64,000 nucleotides of DNA from NCBI GenBank assembly GCA_016748015.1, contig JAAOMT010000128.1:1681538-1745537 (forward strand). The letters are read 5' to 3'. The notes under the pieces were generated by a model. It did no database searches. It saw only the letters and a program-made list of their open reading frames with translations, and had not been told where the DNA came from. This document shows positions 20,774-35,847 of the stretch, piece after piece. Each line of letters starts with the position of its first letter. Position 1 is the first letter of the stretch. Position numbers and translations under genes: made by a program. The DNA comes from Geosiphon pyriformis uo1 (taxonomy: Eukaryota > Fungi > Glomeromycota).

Positions 20774-23700
20774 GCTTTTATAAAAAATAATTGGCTTTTT
20801 AAAACTAATGTCAATTTAAATTAAAAAATATAAGAATTAAAATTTTTTTACCAAAATTAACACATTAAAATATCTGCTATTTGTAATATTTTTAATAAAT
20901 AATTTGAAAAAGTTTTAGTTTTTGAATTTGAAAAAAAAACTAATTACTAAAATTTACATGACTCTTAACTTTTAGTTTAATTGGGCTGAAGAAACAAAAC
21001 AACTTTTCAAAACTTTAGAACTATTATTAAAATTATTATAATCTAAAAATCTAGTTAACAAGCTATATTAACATCAAAAAATAAACAAATTAACAGTTAG
21101 TATGTTTTTTATTTCAAATTACAACTTAGAAAATAATCTGTTTATATCTTACTTAAATGTAAAAATTGCAATAAAAAATTTTTATCTATGAAAGTCTATA
21201 TATTATCAAAAAAAATATGAACCTTATATCTATTACTACTCCAAAATCTGCTATAAAAAATAATTTGGCAGCTCCAAATAAAATAAAAAATAAGACAATA
21301 TATTATGTCTTATATGTAAAAAATTGTTATTAAAAGAATACAATTAAATTAATATTATAATAAAAAGAGAAGTTTGTAATCAAATTGGCCAATATGCTTT
21401 TTTTATTTCTAAGAAAATAAAATAAAAAATTCTATTTACAATTATTTACAACAATGTACTTAACAAATTTTATTACTATTTACATAATATTAAAATAATT
21501 TATAAACTAATTATAGTTTTTATTAATAGAAAAATCCAAGAAGATATTTACTAAATAAAAGAGACAAAATATATTAAATATATTATAAAACTAGCTGAAT
21601 TTGATTATAAAAATAAAATAAAATTCTATTATCTAACTTTAAATCATGTTTACCTCTTAAAAAAACCCCAAATTTAGCAATTAAAACAAATAATTATTCA
21701 ACTTTATAAAAAATATATCATGCTCTATAATAACATATAATGTTTTAAATATTGTGCTTTTAATATACTATTATTTACTAAAAATAACCAAAAAAAAATT
21801 AAAATTAAAAAAATTAAAGAAGAAATTCTAATAGCTCTAATTTACTTTATCAAAAACCAATTTGCTTTATTTTTTAAATATTTTAACAACAATAAACAAG
21901 AAATTAAGCCAAAAAAAGCCCATAAAATTAACACAAAATATAATCTATAATATCTAAAAAAAATTCTTAACTTGAAATTAAAATTACTTACAAAAATCAA
22001 CTTAAAAATTGCTTTTAAAATTTTACTAGAAGCAATAATACAAATTACTTATTAATTATTATTGACAAGTAAAAAAATCAATATTAGAAAAAAAATTATA
22101 GATATAAGATATATAGAAAACATTACAGTAATGTTTTAAAATAAAATTAATAAATCTTTTACAATTAAACATACTAAAAAAATTGCTTAAGTTATCTATT
22201 TACTTTTAATCAAAATTTTGGGTTTGCAATCAGTTAAAATAAAGAAAAATTTGGAAAAAGTAAAAAAAAACTCTGAAATTTTGAATCAACTAGATAATTT
22301 ATAGTTTTAATAAATATAGCTCTTAATATACAAAATAAATCTTATCAAATTTTTAGATTATTAAAAATAATTACAATTCTATTTTTTAGAAAAATTTATA
22401 AAGTATATATCTGTCTAATACTTATTACTACTTAACAAATTTTTAAGTTAAATAAAAAAATTTGCAAAAAACAAAGAATTTTAATTTTAAACATTTATTT
22501 GTAAAAAATTTAATATTATTTTTTACAATCTCAATGACTATTCTATTATATTAGATAACTACTTAGAAATTAAAATTATTTATAGTAATATTTTTTAACA
22601 AGAATTATCACAAAACATTTCGAATTTTACAAAAATAATTGGATACTTCTTCCTAATATTTAATTTAATTTTTATTATCGAAAACTATCATGTTGTAATT
22701 AAAAAATTATCTCAAATCAACATAAAACAATTAAAACTACAACAAGAGAGGCAACTTAAAAAACTAATTGCCAAATATGTAAATATATTTGCTAAAAACA
22801 ACAATAATTTAAGAAAAACTAATCTAATTTAACATCAAATTTATATTAGAAATACAAAATCCAAACAACAATAAATCTACTGAATTTTATCTAAAAGTCA
22901 CCAATTTATTAAAAGAAATTTTAACACATGCTTAACAATAAGCTTATTTAATTATTAATAAGTTTTTAGACTTTATCAGTAGTTTTTATTAAAAAAAATA
23001 GAAAATCCACTTTTATGTTAATTATTATTAAATAAATAATATTACAATTGGAAATATTTATTTTTATCTTAAATTAATAACATATTAAATGCTTTTAACA
23101 AATTAAAATACTTTTTAATATTGAATTTAGAAAATAAATATTAACAAGTTATAATAAACCCAAAAGATTATTTTAAAACAGCTTTTACTATTCAAAAAAA
23201 AATTATAAATTCAATATAATGTTTTTTAAATTATATAATACACCAGCAATATTTTAAAAACTTATAAATATTATTTATATTAAACTTTTATAACAATTAG
23301 TAGTTATTTATTTAAATAATACTTGATGTTTATTCACTTTTATTTAAAGCTTATTTAATTTATTTATAAAAAGTTTTTTAATAATTACAAAAAACTGAAT
23401 TGAAATTAAATATTAAAAAATGTTATTTTGAAAAGATTAACTTGGCTTTTTTTAATTATATTGTTAGTGAAAAAAGAGTCAAATTTGATCTAAAAAAAAT
23501 CAATATTGTTAAAAACTTAAAAGTTTCTTAAAATATTACCAAATTAAAAAAATTTACTGAATTAGTATCTTATTATTAAAAATTTATCAAAAAATTTTCA
23601 GAATTATAAAACTATTTAATTATTTAATTAATAAGAATATTAAATACAAATAGATAAAAAAACAACAAAAAACTTTCAAAACTTTTAAAGAAAAATTTAC

Positions 23701-24116
23701 AACAGCTTTATTTTTGTTTATTTAAACTTTAATAAAAAATTTCAATTAATTATAGATGCTTTTTATACTGTTTTTAATGCTATTTTATCTTAATTAAATT
23801 ATAATAGCAATAAACAAATAATTGTTTATGTCAACAAAACATTAAAACCAGCAGAAAAAAATTATTTTGCCACTAAACTAGAAATAGCAGCAGTAATTTG
23901 AACTTTTTATTATTTTAATTTGTACTTTAAACCTAAAAAGTTTGACATTATTACAAATAATATTGAACTTAAATAACTACAGAACAAAAACTTCAAACTA
24001 AACACAAAACAAACTTAATGAACAGAATTTTTGCAAATTATTAATATATTATATATTACAAATCAGAAAAACTATATACAAATATTAATTGTTTTTTTAA
24101 GATAAGAAAAAATTAA
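20774..24116 (+). pseudogene. pol: Element B pol remnant (end of PR, Cys-rich region, dUTPase ~21900-22300, RT, RNase H)
   Basis: Decayed motifs IKPKKAHK (dUTPase), YLNN (from YLDD), TKLEIAAVI, and NINCFFKIRKN-stop at 24114-24116. Confidence 0.75.
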
Positions 24117-24567
24117 TACAAATACTATTCAATTCAATAAACAGCAACAAACAACAAACAATAGATCACAAAAACTATAATAACTTCAAATAATACTTGA
24201 AAACACTTATAACACCAAAAAATTAATTACTAAATAAAACACATCAACTATAATATTAAACAAAAAAATATTTTATATACAATAATATTATTTATTATCA
24301 AAATTACAAAAATTCAGACAACTTACTTAAAATAACTCAAAAACATAAAAAAACGATTTTATATAATATGCATTCAAATTTTTTGACAGCATATTTTAAA
24401 AAAAATAATACAATTTAAAAAACATTAGAACACTATTTTTGGTCTTAAATAAAAAGATATATTTACCAATATGTTGAATTTTATAATAGTTGTCAATAAA
24501 AAAAAGGAACACATTCTACAAAATTCTTAAATTCAATCAATATTAAACAACTTTTTAATTAAGTTGG

Positions 24568-25382
24568 TATTACAGTTCAAAAATTTAATAGGAATTATAA
24601 ATAATATAAATTAGCCAATTATGAAATAGCACAGCAACAATTTAAAAAAAGAAATGATTTACAAATAACAGCAAGCACTATTTTATAATAGCAGCAAGCA
24701 CTATTATGCAAAAGCAGTAAGCACTATTTCACAATAGCAGCAAGCACTATTTAGAAATAACGGAAATAGAATATTACAAGATGTTATTTTGTAAAACAAT
24801 AATTATATATATATACAATAGTTTTTAATGATGAAAAAAAACAGCTTCAACTAAAAACAACAAATATCTAAATAAAATTTTATTCAAAAAAAATTAATAA
24901 AAATAATAAATTGAATAAATATCATAATTATGAGATTAACAATAGAATTTACATACTTTTTCTAGTGAATGAAACTATCATTCCATCTTTGAACCCTTTA
25001 AAAAAATAATTCTTGATCAAGATTATTTATATGGTTACTAATTAAATTGAAAAAAGCTTTATTATATACTTAAAGAAATCACAAAAAGGCCATTAACATT
25101 CTGTGTTTCTAAATTAGAGCAATACATCAGGCAATTGCAAGAATAGCCTTAGAGAAGACCCCAAACAGTGGGTAGATTTCAGATTAGCCTCTGAGAAGAA
25201 GTACACAACATACAAAAACAACTAGAATTAAAGAAAAGACTTACATCACAACATTAAAAAAAAACTTTCAGTACATTATCATTAATATCCAACACATAAA
25301 ATAGAGGAACTCACGAGAGACTGATTGCAATTAAAATGGGAAATCAACAATTAAAATATACCAAAAAAACACTCCCATAACA
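24568..25382 (+). mobile_element. Solo LTR D (815 bp), related to the LTR of C
   Basis: tattacag...cataaca termini, TSD TTGG on both sides, long matches to the C LTR (e.g. agagaagaccccaRacagtgggtagatttcag). Confidence 0.9.
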
Positions 25383-25938
25383 TTGGTATTAATTTAGTTA
25401 AACCACTACTTATCACAAATTATAAAAACTAATATATTATAGTTGCAATAAATTATCTAATAAAATAGCCAGAAACAAAAGCAATTTAAAAAGCAAATAT
25501 AAAATCAGTTGTAAACTTTATCTATAAAAACATTATTTATAAACATAAATGTCTAATAGAATTTTTATTTAATCAAAAAACACATTTTATAAACAACCTA
25601 ATACAAAAAATTTATGACCAATTTAATATTAAAAAATCTTTATTTTTATTTTATTATCTATAAACAAATAAATTTATAGAACATTATAATAAAATATTTT
25701 GTAAATTATTAGCCAAAATTTTAATAAATTTTAAGCAAAAATGAGATTATTTTATTTTATTAATTTTATTAATATATAGAACACTAAAACAAAATAGAAT
25801 AAAATATATACTATTTGATTTGACTTATAAAAAACAACAACATTACCAATTAATTTTACAATAGAATTTATCTAGTTTAATTAATTATTAAAGACAATTT
25901 TTAAGAACAATACAAAAAAGAGCTTATACACTTCTTAA

Positions 25939-26817
25939 TATTATTTATAAAATATAAAAATTATATATTAGTACATAAATTAGTCAATCAAAATAAATAT
26001 TGTAAAAAGTGAAATTCCAAGATTTCTCTTAGAAAAATTGCAGGATTCCAAAATCCAAGATTCCTGTATAAGAAATTCCAGAATTTCAGAATTCCTTTCA
26101 AAAAATTACAGGATTTCAGGAATTCCAGGATTTCTGGTTAAAGAATTAAAAAATTCAAAAAATCTCATACAATGAAATTCATGTATATATAGAAGTAGTG
26201 TTAGAAGCAGAAAAAAAAATTCTTAAGTTTTAGAACTCTAGTTCCAATTTTAGACACATCTTTTTATACAATAGTATTCTATAACTTAAAGTAAAAATAT
26301 CAAATATTAATAAAATACGTATTAAAATATTGCAATTTATCTTTCAACTATTAACAATTTATGTTAATAATTGCTGATACTTAATCACACTAGACCAATA
26401 GCTTTTGATCATAATTATTGATGAGATATTAATTTTTTCTTGTCTTGGCTTATTTTTTTATTTTATTTATTTATTTATTTTGTTTGTTATTTATTAATTA
26501 ATTAAAAATTAATGCATGGAGTTACTAACATCAAAAAAACTGGTAAAAGACCTGTGAAACAAGAGAAAAACACTTATTATTAAGGATAGCTTACCAAGAA
26601 GATTATTAGTCATTATACTAAAAAAAAAATTTGACAGAATTGCAATTCCAGAAAACCATAGGGAAAACAACACTTAAATCTTTGTTTATTATACAAAAAA
26701 CTCAACAAAAATCTTCAAATCATGAAAACCTTCAGATATTACCAACTATATTAACCATTAAGCATTAAGTTATGGGTTTGTTATTTGTATTAACACTCCA
26801 AATAATCACTTGTAATA
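25939..26817 (+). repeat. 5' LTR of E
   Basis: Aligns with 35015-35847; gaattccag-type U3 array, then TATA near 26184. Confidence 0.9.
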
Positions 26818-26818
26818 T

Positions 26819-29800
26819 TTGGTGTTTTCTGTAAGATATAATCCAGCAGAGAATCAACACTAATAGCAACCATACAAAACAGTAGCAGAATCAGAAAAAA
26901 TAGGGACAAACCATTTGGAATTTGTGAAATTATTATTCTAATATTACAAAAATCATCTTAGATTAACAGATAATAGTTGGCCAACAGAATCAGCTTTTAA
27001 TTATTACATTAATAAAAAAATCACATACTACTTAAGAGATTAAAGAAATTCAGAATCTGCTTTTAACAATTTTTTTAGTGAATTACTTCAAAACACCACA
27101 CTTCTACAAAACTATCTATTCATATCACTAATTACAAAAATAAACAGAGAGATTGAAAAATACATTAAACAAAAGTTTCCTATTACCTTTGTTGACAAAG
27201 AAAAAGAAAGATTGTAAACACCAACAGGAACTTCAAAGCAGATACAACCATCTATCTAAAAAAAACTTAGAGTCAAATTACCAATTAACTTATCATATTA
27301 TCATATACCTAGAAGTACTATCAACATAGCATCAACAAGCATGTTTACATTAAATGTGAAAACACCATTAGCCAGAATTTTATTTTAGAATAAACAGAAA
27401 AAAGCAAAACTACTAAGAACATATGGTGAATATTTTAAAAAATTTAATTTGAGATCCACAATGCTATTAAGACTTTAATTATCACTATTACCACCAGATT
27501 TTGGAGCTACCAGTTCTTGGAAATTAACAGATCCTAAAGAAAAAAAAAATAGCAATCAAGGAATTAATGCTTAAAATCAATTCTAGAAAACCCAGAAATT
27601 TAAACTCCAATTGTTTAAGCTCAGCAAAACCTGAACAATCTAAACCCCACTCTTATTTTTTCTCAAGACTTACCTCTAGTAAATGTAATTAATTCATTAC
27701 CAATTATTACATAATCACAGCTGTAGTTCTAACCTTAGCAGCAATCACAACCACTTTAACAACAACTACTTTAATAACAACCACAAATTATACTAATGGC
27801 ATATACACCAATCACCAAATTAAAAAAATTCACCAGTAAAGAGAATGATACTTAAGCTTAACTAAACAATATTGCCAAAGCAATTACAGTTAATAATTGG
27901 GATGATATCAAAGCCTTTTAAGCAATCTTATATTTTTTACAAGATACTGCTAATTCATAGTATTAAAGCTTGACACAAAAACTTCAAAATTTTAACAATT
28001 TTAAGGTTGAATTTTTAAGGTATTTTAGTAATAATAATAGCATTAATCAATTGACAAATACCTTTACTATTATCAAACAAAAAAAGACTAAAGTTGTTAC
28101 TATATACTTGAAATGTTTTTATTGCAATCTATGTCAAATCTAAGTTATTAATACTGATTATTTTACAGAAGCACAAATCTTGAATCAGTTTATTTGTGGA
28201 TTATGCAATAGTATTCTACAATACATACACCTATTACATCCAGCCAACTTTCAAGTTGCAGTTACTCATGCCAGAGACTTTGAATCAGCTAAACTAAAAG
28301 CCAATTACATTTAAGCCATAAATCTAATAATGAATAGATCATCTGACTTGGACTTGAAATTAAAACAATTCAGCAACTCAATTAATTAAAAATTGAAAGA
28401 ATATTTAGGTAACAATTAGGCTATTTATCAACTTCCACAATAGCATAATAATTAAGAAAGCTTTAATTAACTCCAAAATTAGTCGCATTTATTCTCATCA
28501 AATTAGTAATAACAGCAAAAAACACACATCTGTTATTACTATGGCAAATAAAAACATATAAAAATAGATTGCCAATTAAGATTAACCAACCAATGACTAA
28601 GAAATTAATATTAAAACCCTAATCCCTGGTTTCAAAACCCGAATTATTTTCCAAATCAAAAATCAATATTAACTCCATTATCTACAAATGATATAACAAC
28701 CAATATACACACCTCCAATCTATCAAACCTTAGTTTCAGTTATTTATCAACTACAGTTATAAGTAATTTATCAACCCCAACTTATTCCAATACTACCATA
28801 AAACCCAGCTTAAATGTTATCTGAAAACCAAAAACTGAGAATTATACATATATAGCAAAACTGAAAATTGGTAATAGTAATGTATCAACTGATCTCCAGT
28901 TCATTAAATTAGCCATTAGAATTCTACCAGTGGAGTTTGGATACTGAGTACAACCAAAATCTGAATTTTCAGAACTATTTAAGTCTTCTGGTTATCTCAA
29001 AAGATGTTCAATTTAACAAACTGGAAACTAATCAGAAACAAACACTTACCAACAATATTTTATTTGCAACTGTTACAGAAAATAAATCTCTTGTCATAAT
29101 ATTCTCTTTTGAAATAAAAATTCGATTAAAAACACCATTATTCAGTAGAGCCATCTTAAATACCAAACTCATTATCACAATATATACTGATACCAAAGTT
29201 AATAGCCAGTTCATTAAACTGATTCTCAATAGTGAATTAGCAGACAGTATTATTACATGACAATTTATAGACCAATTAGGTTACTAAGTTGATTATGCTG
29301 CTAGTACCAGAATTATCACAGCCAATAGAGTGACTAAAACCTCTATTGATAAGATTAATGACTTCTCATTTAAAGTCAATAGTATTGTTGTGTCCATAAA
29401 GATTCTTGTTATGGAAGCCACACAGTATCAAGTATTAGTTAATAATGACTGGCTATCTAAGACCAATGCCATCTTTAACTGGACCACACAAGAGCTCCAG
29501 CTCTGTCAAGATAGTCAACAAATTTGGGTACCTGCCACTTGCAGCCATTTTAGAACAAATACCACTTAACTACTATGATTAATTGAATTTGAAGAGAAAA
29601 AAAAAACCTACCTAAAAAGCTTACCAAATTTTGTGGGCCAAAGATGAACATAATAAACTATTACTACTCCAAGATTGAAACAACAAAGGGAAGAAAACAA
29701 ACTTGAAAAAATCACTATTACAAAAAAAATAACTAGTAGATAAGAAAGATTATACTCAGTAAATACAAAAAAAAAATCACCATACATTTCACTTAAATAC

Positions 29801-32800
29801 AAGAGCTGCAAAAAAAAGTTGTTTTCCATAAGAGCATAGATTACACTAGATAAAAACTACTGAATATGCACACACTACTACTATAAATTATGTCACAAAA
29901 AACACTATGGTTATTCCAAATGGCAAGACAAATGAGACAATGAACTATATCTTACTTGTGAGGAACAGTTACTTAATAAAGGAATATGAAATAACATTTC
30001 TGGTTAAGAAAAAACATATAATGTCTTGTGTCAATACATGGTCTTTATAAGTAATTGGATTAGCAAAGAAATGTTTTTTAATGCCACATGAAACCATGTT
30101 TTGTTATGTTTAGACAGCTACCCACATGATGAAAATGAGATCTGGAGAATGACAAGTACCAAAATTAAAAGTGCATTGTCCAGTAAAATATTAAAGATTA
30201 AAAATAATCCACCAGAACTAGTGGAGACTTTTCTTATTTCCAATCCCAATACTTTTCTTAACATTGAAGCTGGTCCAGAAAAATTTCATAAACATTACCA
30301 GAATTTAGTACCTACTAGACAAAAACAAGAGCAATGTTTAGAACAACTAAACATCTGATTATGTGACTATTGTTTAATATTATGTAACTTTTAGTATTGC
30401 AATAATTATAACTTTATTTACAATCTACTATCTTACATAATTTATACAATTCCAGAAGAGGAAAAACCAATCAACAACTACAAAACAGAATTAGAATTGC
30501 TATTTGATCACGATTTAAACTCCAACAATGAAAATAATAACAATGATTTTAGTTCTATTCAAAATAGCAATAACAACAATAACAATTTAAATTCCAATTT
30601 AAACTCAAAACAATATATTGCACTCTCTGATTTTTCCAAGAAGCAAAAACTCAGATGGTTTAGTAATAACAATAAAAATATTATGCCCAAACACATACAT
30701 AATACCAATGCAGAATTTGATTTGAAATATTTAAGAAAAAATGCCATCAAATTGGAACCATATTGATACACCTATATTAATCTGAAAATAGCACTGGAAA
30801 TTTTGGCAACTATAATGGTATAGCTAGCATTTAGAAGTAGTTTAGCAAAAAAAGAAATCAACATCAAAGGAAGAATAATTAGTACAGGATATATAAGAAA
30901 TATCATTGTAATGTTACAAAATAATTCAGAAAAACCATATATCATTAAATCAAATAAAAAGATAAAATAAGCAATATTTCTACTGTTGATTAAAATAGCT
31001 TAGTTAGTGTCAATAGAAAATAGAGAGAAATTAGGAATTACAGTTAAAGAAAAAAATAAATTTGGATCAATAGATAGAATAGATATATCAGTCAATATAG
31101 CAGAAAAAAAATCATTAATAAGGGAGAAATTATTTCCACTTATCAATCAGTTTCTATTTTACTATATAATTAGTACATATTAGTAATAGAAAAAAAAGTA
31201 AAAAATCAGCCCCAAATTTTTGAAGCAGAACCAACTATTTGTAAATCAGAAGAAATTGGAATTACCAATCTCTATATACTAGCCAAAAACCATAAACACA
31301 TCAAAATTTTTATCTATAACACAACTAGAGACATTATTGAAATACTGAACAGAACTACTATTAGATATTTAAGCACTAAAGTTAAGAGTTAACCACCAAA
31401 CACCATTTCAGATATTTCACAATGCAAATATGTGGATATTACATCATAAACCATATACAGACAAGAAGAATAATATTTGCTCCAACTAAAACAATTGAAA
31501 CAAATAAACTTGGAAAACTTAAACTCATTCCAACAAATACAGTTCAAGATATTGGTTAACAATTTCACTAATATATTTGCCAATAAAAATGAATTTGGCA
31601 AAACTGATATTATTCAACATCAAATTAAGACTGAAAATACTATACCAATTAAACAATAAGCATACCAAGTACTACTAGCCAGCCATAAAATAATCTGACA
31701 AGAAATCAACTAAATTTTGAATAATGAATTAATTCAATCATTAAAAAGTCCATGATCATTACCAGTAATACTAGTCTGTAAAAAAAATAGAAAAATTCAC
31801 TTTTGTGTGAATTATAAAAAACTCAATAGTGTTACTTATGAAGACAGCTATATAACTCCATGGATTCAAAAATTATTTGATGCTTTTGGAGGAAAAAAAT
31901 GATTTTCAACATTAAATCTAAACAATGGTTACTGGCAAGTAGTTATGAAACTGAAAGACAAAAAGAAAACTATGTTCACCACAAGAGAAAAGAATTTTGA
32001 ATTTAAAGTAATGCAATTTGGTTTAATTAATACACCAGCTATCTTCCAATGACTTATGAAAATTGTTTATACTGAACTACTATGGAAATCAGTAGTTGTT
32101 TATTTTGATAACACCAACATATTCTTAAAGACATTTAATGATTATTTTTATTATTTACAGCAAGTATTCAAAAGACTAAGATGAGCAAAGCTAAAGTTAA
32201 ATGCCACCAAATGCTTCTTCAGCAAAACAGAACTGAAATTTTTGGAACATTTTATAAGTAAAGACAGTATTAAAATGAATTCAGACAAAATTAAAATTGT
32301 TAAGAACTTTTTAGTACCAACAAATCTCACTGAATTAAGAGCATTTTTGGAATTTGCTGAATACTACTACTGCTTTATTCAAAACTTCTCCAAACTAACT
32401 CAAACACTCTATCAGCTCCAAACCAAGAATATGAAATATGAATAAATGGAAGCTTAGCAAAAAGCTTTCAACATTTTAAGGAGAAAGCTTATTCAAGTCC
32501 CAGTACTAATCTATTCAAATTACAGCAAGCTATTCATTATTACCATTAATGCATCTGGCCAAACATTGGGAGCCATATTATTTTAGAAAGAACCAGATAG
32601 ACAAAAACATCCAGTAGTATATGCCAGCTGAAACTTGAATTCAGCAGAAAAAAACTATGGAACATCAACACTAGAACACTTAACTATCTATTGAATAGTC
32701 ATCAAATAGAAAGAGTATTTAAGTCAAAAGTATAAAATATACACAAATTACAAAGGATTAACATTAATTTAGAAACAAGAATTTGGAGATAATTACTATG

Positions 32801-32904
32801 CTAGATAAAAAATAGAACTTTTGTCATTCAAATATATAGTATATTATAAAAAGAGAAAAGAAAACAAAAATGTTGACAGTCTGTTATAAATAAAACAAAT
32901 TTAA
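26819..32904 (+). pseudogene. pol: Element E gag-PR-Cys-rich-dUTPase-RT-RNase H, many stops
   Basis: ORF fragments LILNSELADS (PR), HNTNAEFDL (dUTPase), YFDN (from YLDD), NVDSLL...QI-stop at 32902-32904. Confidence 0.85.
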
Positions 32905-32935
32905 GAACATTTCAAACCCAAAAATATAACAAAAA

Positions 32936-34316
32936 ATGAATACAAAAAAATATCAACAATTTCAATATTATATTAATACTTAACAGTTCAAAGAGAAATT
33001 ATCTTAAAAAAAACAAAACAACATAAAACAACAGTTAAAATATTTTATTACTTACCAAAATATACTATATTAGAAAAACAAAAAGAATTCAGATCAACCA
33101 TTCAGAGTAATTACAAAACCAGAAAAAAAAACAATACTATACAGCATACACTTAGATTTGATAGCAGAATATTTTCATAAAAAAGCAACCATAGAAAAAA
33201 CCAGAAAAAAATATTATTGGTCATTAATGTATCCAAACATCATTCAATACATCCAAAATTGTGATGTTTGTCAAAGAAAAGAAGAAACAAAATCCAGTAA
33301 ACCACTAAGACCCATTAGAATGGAACAACCATTTAATAAAATTGGAATTAACTTAGTAGAACCATTAACAATAACCAGCAAAGGCAATTAGTATATAACA
33401 GTAACCATGGACTATTTTACAAAATAGCCAGAGGCAAAAACAATTCAAAGAGCAAATGCAAAATCTGTAGCTGAATTCATTTACCAAGATCTGATTTGTT
33501 GACACAGATGTCCAAAAAAATTTTTATCAAATCAAAGAACACATTTTGTAAACAGAACATTAACAGAATTAAGCCAAAGATTTGGAATTAAAAAACTATT
33601 ATCATCATCATATCATCCACAAACAAATGGTTTAGTAAAAAGATTTAACAAAACATTATATAAAACAATAGCCAAAATTAGTCAAAAAAACCAAGATAAA
33701 TAAGATTTGGTTATATCATCAGTACTATTTACTTATCAAACAATAAAGCAAGATACTACACAAGCAACACCATTTAAACTTGTTTATAGTAGAACAACAA
33801 CATTACTAGTTAAGATAAATATTAACACATATTTAATAGAACCAATAACAAAAGCCAATTTTTAAAGAACATTGCTAAAAAAAACATATGAATTAATAAA
33901 AACATTAGAAAATAAAAGACAAAAAGCAGCTAATAATATTTAAAAATCACAAGTAAAACAAAAAAATTACATGATAACTAGTTATCAGATAAACCAGTAA
34001 ATTCAGGATTAAAAACAAAGTACTATTATATTATATCAAAACAGAAAAACAATGGAGTAAAAAATTTAATCCCAAATAGAACAGACCATTTTACATAGAA
34101 GAAATTTTAGGAAATGAAGCTTATAAATTAAGATAGAACAACAAAATTTTAACCAAAGCAGCATATAGTGATTGATTAAAACCATACCATAATATAATAT
34201 TATTATTGACCAGTAATAATTCACAACTGGAAATACACCAAATACTAATCCAACCAGATGAATTTTTACGAGATCTAAAACCAATCATAATCATTAATAC
34301 AAACATGTTAAATTGA
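32936..34316 (+). pseudogene. Element E integrase, separate ORF with its own ATG
   Basis: ATG at 32936 (MNTKKYQQFQYYI); YYW...CDVCQ, IGINLV, YHPQTNGLV. Confidence 0.85.
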
Positions 34317-34370
34317 TCAAACAAAATAATATATAAAGACACAGTATACACAACAAAAGCAACAATAAAA

Positions 34371-35002
34371 ATGAAAATTACTGATGACATTTACTCACTT
34401 GCACAACAACTATTCCAACTGATTTAACAACAGAACATGGAAATTACAATCAACCAATAAACCATTTAGTACAAAAAAAATAAAAAGAAAACCCAATACA
34501 AGATGCACAGAAAACTAGAAAACACCATAGACAAAATAATAACAAAAGTAAAGTTGTTAATAAAAATTCAGACATAACTGTATTATATCAAGAATTAATG
34601 AAAAAAACTTGGAATTGATAAATATAACAATTTCTAAGAAACTTTTGTTATTATCACTTAGAACAAAACCTGAATATTCAGAACTTGTACACTGACAAAA
34701 CAAAACAGTTATTCAACACAACAATATTACAACAACTTGAACAATTTGTGGAGAAGAGCAATTTGTTTATACAAATCAAAGCCATATATTGGTTATATAC
34801 AGAATTTCAAAATTGACCAACAATACTACTTAATCCAGTAATAGATACAGTTACCATCAACCAATTGGGAAAAATAACCAATGTCCAATTTGAAAAATTA
34901 CAGATCAAAATAACTTAAGTAATTCTCAAAAAAAAAGTTCAAGAGTTAATCAAAGATGAAGAGTTAGGAGATATAAGAGATTTTGACAGAGCTCAATATT
35001 AA
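34371..35002 (+). pseudogene. Element E ORF3 homolog
   Basis: MKITDDIYSLAQQLFQ..., NFCYYHLEQNLNIQNLY, ending DFDRAQY-stop at the PPT. Confidence 0.75.
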
Positions 35003-35014
35003 AAAAAAAAATAA

Positions 35015-35847
35015 TGTTACTCATAAAATATATAAATTATATATTAGTACATAAATTAGCCAATCAAAATAAACATAGTAAAAAGTAGAATTCCAGAATT
35101 CTTTTTAGAAGAATTGCAGAATTTCTGAATTACAGAATTCCCATATGAGGAATTACAGAATTTCTGACTAGAGAATTAAAAAATTCAAAGAATCTTATAT
35201 AATAAAATTCATGTATATATAGAGATAGTATTAAAAACAGAAAAAAAAATCCTTAAGTTTTAAAACCCCAGTTCTAATTTCAGACCCATTTTTTTATATG
35301 ATAGTATTCTATAACTTAAAGTAAAAATATCAAATATCAATAAAATATGTATTAAAATATTGCAATCTATCTTTCAACTATTAACAATTTATGTTAATAA
35401 TTGTTAATATTTAATCATATTTAACCAATAGCTCTTGATCATGACTATTGATAAAATACTAATTCTTTTTTGCCTTGACTTATTTCTTTATTTTATTTTT
35501 TTTCTTTGTTTTGTTTATTATTTACTAATTGATTAAAAATTAATACATAGAATTACTGATATTAAAAAGACTAGTAAAAAACCTGTAAAACAAGAGTAAA
35601 AAACTTATTATTGAAGATAGCTTACCAAAAGGATTATCAACCACTATGCTAAAAAAAATATTTGACAGAATTGTGATTCTGGGAAGCTATAGAGAAAAAA
35701 TACTTAAATCTCTGTTTATTATACAAAAAACTTAACAAAGATCTTTAAATTATGAAAACCTTCAGATATTACCAATCATATTAACCATTAAGCACTAAGT
35801 TATAGGTTTGTTATTTGTATTAACACCTCAAATAATTATCTATAACA
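35015..35847 (+). repeat. 3' LTR of E
   Basis: tgttactc...tataaca; aligns with the 5' LTR. Confidence 0.9.

Larger units (their letters stand above)
25939..35847 (+). mobile_element. Gypsy LTR retrotransposon E (full length, decayed)
   Basis: LTRs 25939-26817 and 35015-35847; PBS tggtgttttctgtaaga; TSD ttaa/ttgg (ancestral TTGG); complete domain series inside. Confidence 0.9.
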